The notes below the pieces were generated by a model that saw only the letters and a program-made list of their open reading frames with translations, was not told the DNA's origin and searched no databases. The translations under genes were made by a program, and so were the position numbers. DNA of 64,000 nt from Nitrosomonadales bacterium (GTDB lineage Bacteria; Pseudomonadota; Gammaproteobacteria; Burkholderiales; Methylophilaceae), in assembly GCA_038110565.1 (NCBI GenBank), contig JAYNJX010000003.1, positions 13,325-77,324 on the forward strand. Reading direction: 5' to 3'. Position 1 is the stretch's first letter, and each line of letters begins with the position of its first letter. Positions 56,246 to 64,000 of this stretch are shown in pieces.

Positions 56246-56457
56246 TTTTCTAATAACTTAAAAACTTCTACAACATCGGCGTCAAGATCAGATAAATTAT
56301 CATTCACTAATAACAATTTAAGCTCTTTAATCATTTTTGGCGCCCAAAATTTTTTAAAATGCGTCAACATTTCACTTCTTGCGAGATCTCGATCCGGATA
56401 GCTTTTAAAAAATCCAGAAATTTGATTTGCCATTTTTACAAGTTGATTTGATTCCAT
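56242..56457 (-). CDS. fdsD: NAD-dependent formate dehydrogenase delta subunit
   Basis: LVKMANQISGFF...HFKKFWAPKM; start set at ATG 56457. Confidence 0.92.
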   Translation of the reverse strand: MESNQLVKMANQISGFFKSYPDRDLARSEMLTHFKKFWAPKMIKELKLLLVNDNLSDLDADVVEVFKLLEN

Positions 56458-56462
56458 AATAT

Positions 56463-57263
56463 TTAAACTAATCTTTCCTTTCCACAATAAACAACAAATC
56501 TTTGATCTGTTGCAAACCCAATTAAAGTTAAATTATTCTTTTCTGCTAAATCTATTGCAAGTGTCGTTGGAGCAGATAAAGCTATTATAATTGGTATTTT
56601 TGTGACAAGTACTTTTTGAATCATTTCATAACTAGCTCTACTTGAAACAATAATAAATCCAAATTTTTCAAAATCTATTGCTCCTATTAACTTATCCAGT
56701 GCGTTATGTCGTCCAACATCCTCTCTGATTAATTCTATATTTCCATGTTGATCAAAAAAGGCTGCTGCATGAGTTGATCCAGTTTTAATTTGATTAATTT
56801 GATTTTTTCCAAATTCTTTCAATCCTTTTTTCAAGACCTTATCTGTAATGATCAATTCAAATCGTTTTGGATAATCTTTATTCAAAAAATTGTTAAAATA
56901 ATTAAGACTTTCTACCCCACATATACCACATCCTGTTTTACCTGCTAAATTCCTTTTTACCTCTTTTAATTTTGCAAAAGACTCCGATGAGATATTTATG
57001 CTGACCTCAATTCCTAATTGGGTTTTAATTTTTTCAATTCCATATATCTCTCTACGACTTTCAACTATCCCTTCTGTTAGGGAGAAGCCCATAGCCATAT
57101 CTTCTATATCACCAGGGCTAGCCATCATTACAACATGAGAAATTCCGTTATATGAGATCGAAACAGGTGTTTCTTGAGTTAGATAATCTTGCTTTGGTTT
57201 AAATTGATCCTGAGAATCAAAAACAGTGCGTTCTTCGAATATGCCTTGATTTAATTTGCTCAA
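56463..57263 (-). CDS. fdhD: Formate dehydrogenase sulfurtransferase FdhD/FdsC
   Basis: GCGICG, TGSTHAA, EDVGRHNALDK, SAPT. Confidence 0.95.
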   Translation of the reverse strand: MSKLNQGIFEERTVFDSQDQFKPKQDYLTQETPVSISYNGISHVVMMASPGDIEDMAMGFSLTEGIVESRREIYGIEKIKTQLGIEVSINISSESFAKLKEVKRNLAGKTGCGICGVESLNYFNNFLNKDYPKRFELIITDKVLKKGLKEFGKNQINQIKTGSTHAAAFFDQHGNIELIREDVGRHNALDKLIGAIDFEKFGFIIVSSRASYEMIQKVLVTKIPIIIALSAPTTLAIDLAEKNNLTLIGFATDQRFVVYCGKERLV

Positions 57264-57268
57264 GTTCT

Positions 57269-60109
57269 TTAAACTTTTTCGCTTTGTTGATTTACAAATG
57301 AGATTTGCTCTTCGCTAAATTTCTTATATTTATTTTGCCAAGATGAAACAGAATTCACTTTAGTCAATTGCACTGCTGTAACTTTAAATTCTGGACAATT
57401 CGTAGCCCAATCTGAATTATCTGTAGTAATGACATTAGCCCCAGAAAATGGGTGATGGAATGTCGTATACACAACACCGGGCTGAACTCGATCTGTAATC
57501 TTAGCCCTTAATACTGTATCTCCCGCTCTGCTTGAAATACCCACCCAATCATATTCTTCAATTCCTCTTTCCTCTGCATCATGAGGATGGACCTCAATTA
57601 AATCCTCACTATGCCAATCAGAATTATGGGTTCTTCTTGTTTGCGCTCCAACATTGTACTGAGAAAGAATTCTGCCGGTAGTTAAAATTAATGGGTATTT
57701 ATTATTAACTTTTTCTGTTGTTGGAATATATTCTGTTATAAAAAACTTACCTTTACCTCTAACAAATTCATCAACATGCATTGTTGGACTTCCATTAGGA
57801 TGTTCATCATTACATGGCCACTGAATACTACCCATCTCATTAATTTTTTCTAACGAAACATTTTTAAATGTTGGGGTTAACTGAGCAATTTCATCTAAAA
57901 TTTCCCAAGCATTTTGAAAGTTTGATTTATAACCTAACTCATTCATTAATAACTGTGTTATCTCCCAATCTTCATAACCATTCTTAGGAGACATTACCTT
58001 ACGAACAGGAGAAATTCTTCTTTCTGCATTTGTAAATGTTCCATTTTTTTCCAAGAAAGAAGAGCCTGGAAAAAAAACATGCGCATACATTGCAGTTTCA
58101 TTTAAGAATAAATCTTGAACAATTACACATTCCATTGACTCAAGTGCATGTGTCACATGTTGTGTATTAGGGTCCGATTGTGCAATATCTTCTCCTTGAC
58201 AATATAATCCTTTAAATGAACCATCTATTGCATAATCAAACATATTAGGAATCCTAAGTCCTGGATTATAATCTAGAGTAACTCCCCATGATTTTTCAAA
58301 TAATTGTCTAGTTTCTAGATCTGAAACATGTCTATAGCCTGGAAATTCATGCGGAAATGATCCCATATCACAAGAACCTTGAACATTGTTTTGTCCTCTC
58401 AGAGGATTAACACCAACACCCTCTCTACCTATATTCCCAGTAGCCATGGCTAAATTTGCAATACCCATAACCATGGTTGACCCTTGGCTATGTTCTGTAA
58501 CACCAAGACCATAATAAATAGCACCATTTTTTTCTGTGGCATACAATCTCGCAGCATCTCTTATCAACTGCGCTGGAACCCCAATCTCTGACTCTAGAGC
58601 TTCGGGTGAGTTTTTTTCAAGAGCAACAAAATCTTTCCATGAATTAAATGAATCTAACTCACATCTTTGCTTAATAAATTGCTCATCAGTTAAATTTTCT
58701 GTTACTACCACATGGGCTAGTGCATTAATCACTGCAACATTAGTTCCTGGTCTTAGCTTTAAATGATAATTTGTTTTAACATGTGGTGTATTTTTGACTA
58801 AATCAATTTCTCTAGGATCAATAATAATTAATTTTGCACCTTCTCTTAACCTTCTCTTTAGTTGAGAACTAAATACAGGATGACCATCTGTTGGATTTGC
58901 TCCAATAATTACGACAACATCGGCTTTCATAACTGAATCAAAATTTTGGGTTCCTGCTGACTCACCAAGGGTTTGTTTTAGGCCATAACCAGTTGGTGAA
59001 TGACAAACTCGAGCACAGGTATCAATGTTGTTATTTCCGAAACCTGCTCTAACTAATTTTTGCATCAAATAAGTTTCCTCATTTGTACATCTTGATGAAT
59101 TGATAGCGCCTACAGAATCTTTTCCATATTTTTCTTGTATTCTTTTAAGTTCTTTTGCTGCGTATTGAACAGCTTCCTCCCATGAAACTTGCTGCCATGG
59201 ATCATGAATACTTTTTCTGATCATAGGGGTTGTTATTCTATCTTTATGTGTTGCATAGCCCCATGCAAAACGACCCTTAATACAAGAATGGCCATGATTT
59301 GCACCACCATTTTTATCTGGTGTCATTCTGACTAGCTCTTCACCTTTCATTTCAGCATTAAAGGAACACCCTACTCCGCAATAAGCGCAGGTGGTTGTCA
59401 CTTTTCGATCAGGAACCCCATGATCAATTACTGATTTCTCTATCAAAGTTGCAGTAGGGCAGGCTTGAACACAAGCCCCACAAGAAACACATTCAGAATC
59501 AAAAAAAGTAGTATCTCCAGGAGACACCTTAGATTCAAAGCCTCTGTTTTCAATAGTTAATGCAAAAGTACCTTGCACCTCCTCACAGGCTCGAACACAT
59601 CTGGAACAAACGATACATTTTGATGGATCAAAAGTGAAATAAGGGTTGCTTTCGTCCTTTTTTGAGGCTAGATGGTTATCACCTTCATATCCATAACGTA
59701 CATCCCTTAAACCGACTGCGCCCGCCATATCTTGCAACTCACAATCACCGTTTGTAGCACATGTGAGGCAATCAAGGGGGTGATCTGATATATATAACTC
59801 CATTACCCCTTTTCTAATCTCTGCAAGTTTTGGGGTCTGCGTAGAAACTTTAATACCCTCTGCTACTGGAGTCGTACATGATGCTGGATAACCTCTTCTT
59901 CCTTCAATCTCAACAAGACATAATCGACAAGATCCAAAAGGATCTAAAGAATCAGTTGCACAGAGCTTGGGGATATTGGTATCTACTTCCGCAGCAGCAC
60001 GCATAATCGATGTACCCTCAGGTACTGAAACCTGTTGGCCATCTATAGATAACGTAACAAGCTTCTCAGAATGTTTTTTTGGGGTGCCGAAATCTTTATC
60101 GTTTTTCAT
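57269..60109 (-). CDS. fdsA: NAD-dependent formate dehydrogenase alpha subunit (molybdopterin, Cys ligand)
   Basis: N-terminal Fe-S motifs, CAYCGVGC, active site CARVCH, LRGQNNVQG. Confidence 0.95.
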   Translation of the reverse strand: MKNDKDFGTPKKHSEKLVTLSIDGQQVSVPEGTSIMRAAAEVDTNIPKLCATDSLDPFGSCRLCLVEIEGRRGYPASCTTPVAEGIKVSTQTPKLAEIRKGVMELYISDHPLDCLTCATNGDCELQDMAGAVGLRDVRYGYEGDNHLASKKDESNPYFTFDPSKCIVCSRCVRACEEVQGTFALTIENRGFESKVSPGDTTFFDSECVSCGACVQACPTATLIEKSVIDHGVPDRKVTTTCAYCGVGCSFNAEMKGEELVRMTPDKNGGANHGHSCIKGRFAWGYATHKDRITTPMIRKSIHDPWQQVSWEEAVQYAAKELKRIQEKYGKDSVGAINSSRCTNEETYLMQKLVRAGFGNNNIDTCARVCHSPTGYGLKQTLGESAGTQNFDSVMKADVVVIIGANPTDGHPVFSSQLKRRLREGAKLIIIDPREIDLVKNTPHVKTNYHLKLRPGTNVAVINALAHVVVTENLTDEQFIKQRCELDSFNSWKDFVALEKNSPEALESEIGVPAQLIRDAARLYATEKNGAIYYGLGVTEHSQGSTMVMGIANLAMATGNIGREGVGVNPLRGQNNVQGSCDMGSFPHEFPGYRHVSDLETRQLFEKSWGVTLDYNPGLRIPNMFDYAIDGSFKGLYCQGEDIAQSDPNTQHVTHALESMECVIVQDLFLNETAMYAHVFFPGSSFLEKNGTFTNAERRISPVRKVMSPKNGYEDWEITQLLMNELGYKSNFQNAWEILDEIAQLTPTFKNVSLEKINEMGSIQWPCNDEHPNGSPTMHVDEFVRGKGKFFITEYIPTTEKVNNKYPLILTTGRILSQYNVGAQTRRTHNSDWHSEDLIEVHPHDAEERGIEEYDWVGISSRAGDTVLRAKITDRVQPGVVYTTFHHPFSGANVITTDNSDWATNCPEFKVTAVQLTKVNSVSSWQNKYKKFSEEQISFVNQQSEKV

Positions 60110-60120
60110 ATCTAGTAATT

Positions 60121-61671
60121 TTAAATGTCTATGTTTTCTGTTTCAACCCCAAAATCAGCAGGGAAATACTTTAATGCGCTCATTACTGGGAATGGGGTCA
60201 TACCACCCATTGCACATAAAGAGCCATTAACCATCGTGTCACATAAGCTTTTTAGCAATATTGTGTTTTTTTCCACATCTGTTTTAGCTTTGATTTTATC
60301 TATCACTTCCACGCCTCTTGTTGAACCAATTCTACAAGGAGTACATTTACCACATGATTCAATTGTGCAAAATTCAAAAGAATATCTAGCCATATCTGCC
60401 ATATTGGTATCTTCATCAAATGCCACAATTCCGCCATGGCCGACTACCGCATTTAATTCTGCATATCTCTCATAATCCAATGGAACATCAAATTGGCTTT
60501 CGGGAACAAATGCCCCTAGTGGGCCACCAACCTGAGCTGCCTTTATTTTTTTACCGCTTGCTGAACCGCCTCCAAAATCATAAAGTAGCTCTGTTAATGT
60601 AATTCCAAATGCTTTTTCAATGAGTCCCGTATTCTTTAAATTTCCCGCGAGCTGAATTGGAAGAGTCCCTTTTGACCTACCTACACCAAAATCAGCGTAA
60701 TATTTTGAGCCTTTTGAAAGAATAATCGGAATTGTTGCCAATGAAATAACATTATTAACAACGGTTGGCTTACCAAATAAACCTTCAATAGCCGGCAATG
60801 GTGGCTTATATCTAACTAAGCCCCTTTTTCCTTCTAAGCTCTCTAAAAGAGAAGTTTCTTCACCACATATATAAGCACCTGCAGCTCTTCTTACTTCTAA
60901 ATAAAAAGATTTCCCAGAACCTAATATATTCTCGCCAAGAAAATTTTTACCCTCAAGAATCTTGATAGCTTCATTTAAAATTTTTAAGGCATGAGGGTAT
61001 TCAGACCTCAGATAGATATAACCATGATTAGCCCCTACTCCCAATCCCGCTATAATCATGCCCTCAATCAACACAAAGGGGTCATTTTCCATGATCATAC
61101 GATCAGAAAAAGTTCCAGAATCTCCCTCGTCTGCATTGCATACGATATATTTTTGATCCGCTTTTGTATCCAAAACGGTTTGCCATTTAATACCGGTTGG
61201 AAATGCTGCTCCCCCTCGGCCTCTTAATCCAGACTCTGTAACTGCATTCACAATTTCCTGAGGTTTTAAATTTATAGCTTTTCTTAGTCCTGAGAAGCCA
61301 TCATATTTTTCATAATCCTCGACCGATAAGGGCTCGGTGATACCAACACGCTTAAAGGTTAGTCTTTCTTGATTTTTCAACCAGGCGATTTCTTCAGTTA
61401 CACCTAAACTTTTCTGATGCGTTTTACCTAAGAAAAATTCTGCATCAAATAATCCCTCTACATCTTCTGGCATAACAGGGCCATAGGCTATGCGCTTCTT
61501 ATTCACCTCAACCTCTAACATTGGCTCGAGCCAAAAAAGGCCTCTGGATCCATTACGTTTCAAATTAATTTCAATATTTCTTTTTTTGGCCTCAGCTGAT
61601 ATCTTTTCTGCAACTCGATTTGCGCCAAGCGATAATGAAGTTGAATCTTGAGGAACATAAATAGTGATCAT
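60121..61671 (-). CDS. fdsB: Formate dehydrogenase beta (NuoF-like, FMN/NAD) subunit
   Basis: RGRGGAAFP, NADEGD, YICGEET, ESCGKCTPCR. Confidence 0.94.
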   Translation of the reverse strand: MITIYVPQDSTSLSLGANRVAEKISAEAKKRNIEINLKRNGSRGLFWLEPMLEVEVNKKRIAYGPVMPEDVEGLFDAEFFLGKTHQKSLGVTEEIAWLKNQERLTFKRVGITEPLSVEDYEKYDGFSGLRKAINLKPQEIVNAVTESGLRGRGGAAFPTGIKWQTVLDTKADQKYIVCNADEGDSGTFSDRMIMENDPFVLIEGMIIAGLGVGANHGYIYLRSEYPHALKILNEAIKILEGKNFLGENILGSGKSFYLEVRRAAGAYICGEETSLLESLEGKRGLVRYKPPLPAIEGLFGKPTVVNNVISLATIPIILSKGSKYYADFGVGRSKGTLPIQLAGNLKNTGLIEKAFGITLTELLYDFGGGSASGKKIKAAQVGGPLGAFVPESQFDVPLDYERYAELNAVVGHGGIVAFDEDTNMADMARYSFEFCTIESCGKCTPCRIGSTRGVEVIDKIKAKTDVEKNTILLKSLCDTMVNGSLCAMGGMTPFPVMSALKYFPADFGVETENIDI

Positions 61672-62121
61672 TTATTTCCACTCCTTGATAATTTGGTCAA
61701 ACTTATCATTATCAATTCGGCCATAAACTTCATCATCAATCATCATTGCAGGCGAACAAGCACAGTTACCTAAACAGTAAACTGGCTCCAATGTAAACAT
61801 TTTGTCCTTTGAAGTTTCATGAAAATCAATTTCTAGTGAGCTTTTAATATGATCTATTAATTTATTAACGCCCATGGCCTGACAAGATTCAGCTTTACAA
61901 ATCTGGATAATATGTTTACCCGATGGGTTTGTCCTGAAGTGGTGGTAAAAAGATACAAAACCATGAACTTCCGCAACTGAGAGACTAAATGACTTGCCTA
62001 TAAGCTCATAATAATCTTTAGGTATATACCCAATATCATCTTGAATGGCATGCATTAAAGGAAGCAAACCACCTGGTTTTTCCTTAAATAAATCAATATG
62101 TTTTTGTATTTTCTCTTCCAT
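61672..62121 (-). CDS. fdsG: Formate dehydrogenase gamma (NuoE-like 2Fe-2S) subunit
   Basis: SFYHHF, CKAESC, CLGNC. Confidence 0.93.
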   Translation of the reverse strand: MEEKIQKHIDLFKEKPGGLLPLMHAIQDDIGYIPKDYYELIGKSFSLSVAEVHGFVSFYHHFRTNPSGKHIIQICKAESCQAMGVNKLIDHIKSSLEIDFHETSKDKMFTLEPVYCLGNCACSPAMMIDDEVYGRIDNDKFDQIIKEWK

Positions 62122-62215
62122 AAATCTTTTAACTTAAATATATATCAATAAATACAATGATAAACGTTCTATAATATCCTAAAACCTTTAAATTTAGAGT
62201 ATTTTGTATTTGATT

Positions 62216-63190
62216 ATGCTTAAAGATATCTTTAACAGACAGATTAATTACCTAAGAGTTTCAGTGACTGATCGCTGTGATTTTAGATGTCAATATTGTA
62301 TGCATGAGGACGTTACTTTTTTTCCAAAAGGTGAAATGCTTTCACTAGAAGAATTATCAAGACTGACAGGCATCTTTATAGAACTTGGGGTTAAGAAAAT
62401 TCGTCTTACAGGCGGAGAGCCCCTGATCAGAAAAAATATAGATTCCCTAATATTAGAATTGGGGAAAAATCAAAAGCTCGAGGAATTAACTATTACCACA
62501 AATGGGTCACAGCTTCATAAAAAAATTACTACTCTAAAAACTGCAGGGATAAAAAGAATCAATGTTAGCGTAGATAGCCTCGATACAAAAACTTTTAGCA
62601 AAATTACCAGAGGGGGTTCTTTAGAACAAGTTCTTTCAAACATCATGCTTGCTAAAAAAAATATGATTAAGGTCAAAATCAATACGGTCATCATGAAGGG
62701 GATTAATGACCATGAAGCCTTGGGTCTTGTTCAATTCGCGCTAGATAATGAATTTGATATCTCCTTTATCGAACAAATGCCATTAGGTGAAATTGGCTTT
62801 GATCGAGAGTCTTCCTATTTATCAAACCAAAATCTAATAAAAACGATTAGAGAAAATTTTTCAATTTTTGAGTCGACATACCACACCGGCGGACCTGCTC
62901 AGTATTATTCCTTGGGTAACAGTAAAACTAAAATTGGCTTTATTTCACCTCATAGTCATAATTTTTGTGATAACTGCAATCGGGTTCGCTTAAGTGCAAA
63001 AGGTGAGTTATTTCTTTGTCTTGGACATGAAGATAAGATAGACCTCCTCACTCCATTACGCCAATCAGAGTCTGATGAAAATATTAAAGCTATTATTTTA
63101 GACTCCATGCAGAAAAAGCCTAAATCTCATCTATTTGACCTCAAGAAAAAAGAAAATATTGTTCGATTTATGTCTCATACCGGTGGCTAG
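62216..63190 (+). CDS. moaA: GTP 3',8-cyclase MoaA
   Basis: Radical SAM CDFRCQYC, TGGEP, FCDNCNR...CL, C-terminal GG; start set at ATG 62216. Confidence 0.97.
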   Translation: MLKDIFNRQINYLRVSVTDRCDFRCQYCMHEDVTFFPKGEMLSLEELSRLTGIFIELGVKKIRLTGGEPLIRKNIDSLILELGKNQKLEELTITTNGSQLHKKITTLKTAGIKRINVSVDSLDTKTFSKITRGGSLEQVLSNIMLAKKNMIKVKINTVIMKGINDHEALGLVQFALDNEFDISFIEQMPLGEIGFDRESSYLSNQNLIKTIRENFSIFESTYHTGGPAQYYSLGNSKTKIGFISPHSHNFCDNCNRVRLSAKGELFLCLGHEDKIDLLTPLRQSESDENIKAIILDSMQKKPKSHLFDLKKKENIVRFMSHTGG

Positions 63191-63192
63191 AA

Positions 63193-63744
63193 ATGCAAGT
63201 AAGCGGTGTAATTTTGGCTGGAGGTATTTCCTCAAGAATGGGGACTTCAAAACCTTTTGTAAATTTTAAGAATCAACCACTGATCAATCATGTGATAGAG
63301 GGGCTCCGCCCCCAAGTTGATGAATTACTCATTAATATTAATGAAACATTCAAAACAAGCTATATTATTTTTAAAGATGAAATGTTGAATTATCCGGGTC
63401 CATTGGCTGGCATTAGTGCAGCATTCAACCAAGCTCAACATGACTGGATACAGTTTTGCCCTTGCGATTCTCCTTATATCAATAAAGACCTTGTGGCTCA
63501 ACTGTTACAAAATGCTGATAAAGCTTCAGTGATTACGCCTATTTGTAATAATAAAATACACCCTACTTTTTCCCTTATTCATAAAAGTATGCAAAATCAC
63601 TTAAAAAAATTTTTAGCTTCCGGAGAAAGAAAATTTACTAATTGGCTTGAACAAGCCAAATACATTCAAGTGAAGTTTGATAATGAGGTAGATTTTTTAA
63701 ATATTAATACACCTGAAGACTTAAAAAAGTATGAAAAAGATTAA
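63193..63744 (+). CDS. mobA: Molybdenum cofactor guanylyltransferase
   Basis: LAGGISSRMG, GPLAGI, PCDSP, NINTPED. Confidence 0.94.
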   Translation: MQVSGVILAGGISSRMGTSKPFVNFKNQPLINHVIEGLRPQVDELLININETFKTSYIIFKDEMLNYPGPLAGISAAFNQAQHDWIQFCPCDSPYINKDLVAQLLQNADKASVITPICNNKIHPTFSLIHKSMQNHLKKFLASGERKFTNWLEQAKYIQVKFDNEVDFLNINTPEDLKKYEKD

Positions 63745-64000
63745 CTTAAAAAAATTAAAAACTGACATAGGTTGCTTATCAGAATATGACCCTAATTCAT
63801 TAAGCTTTTATAGTGCCCAAAAAATTTTACAGCAGCTTTTACAACAACAAAAATTAAAAACAAAAATAATATCTATAACAGACGCTCTTCATTATTTTGT
63901 TGCGGACAATATTCGATCCCCTATCAATGTACCAAACTATAACAATTCAGCAATGGATGGATATGTTTTAAATCATAAAGACATTAGTCAAAAAACAAAA
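63731..64000 (+). CDS. moeA: Molybdopterin molybdotransferase MoeA (3'-truncated by window end; absent from ORF track)
   Basis: Hand translation MKKINLKK...YDPNSLS...SPINVPNYNNSAMDGY, open to the window edge. Confidence 0.9.
   Translation, partial: MKKINLKKLKTDIGCLSEYDPNSLSFYSAQKILQQLLQQQKLKTKIISITDALHYFVADNIRSPINVPNYNNSAMDGYVLNHKDISQKTK

Noticed and set aside
57269-60109. Possible selenocysteine recoding in the formate dehydrogenase
   Set aside because: The ORF is uninterrupted with Cys at the ligand position (CARVCH), and there is no in-frame TGA.
62130-62180. Possible ModE box or Moco riboswitch between fdsG and moaA
   Set aside because: The TATAT-rich stretch lacks the CG/CG flanks of a ModE box, and the region is too short and unstructured for a Moco riboswitch.

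Overview
A 64 kb stretch of core chromosome from an AT-rich (roughly 30% GC, estimated by eye), streamlined betaproteobacterium. Gene content and order suggest an OM43-clade/Methylophilaceae methylotroph; this is inference. Contents in order: clpA (5'-truncated), dapA-bamC-MBL hydrolase-pyrD-GST, rsxABCDGE-nth, secA/M23/DciA-like, a K+-independent H+-PPase, tkt-gap-pgk-purC-tspO, rsmE-argA-argB-HAD, cca, a complete dcw cluster (mraZ to lpxC, with rsmH frameshifted in a homopolymer), a compact RNase P RNA, rsmI-pyrC, trxA-rho-rpmE, and the NAD-linked formate dehydrogenase operon fdsGBACD divergent from moaA-mobA-moeA. No mobile elements, CRISPR arrays, tRNAs or rRNAs were seen. The main candidate for something new is an N-acetylglutamate synthase (ArgA) fused to an N-terminal XRE/Cro-type HTH. 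It is preceded by two copies of a 17-bp palindrome (TTTGTA-N5-TACAAA) 42 bp apart, one abutting its start codon. Together these suggest an arginine-sensing enzyme-repressor that autoregulates argAB.
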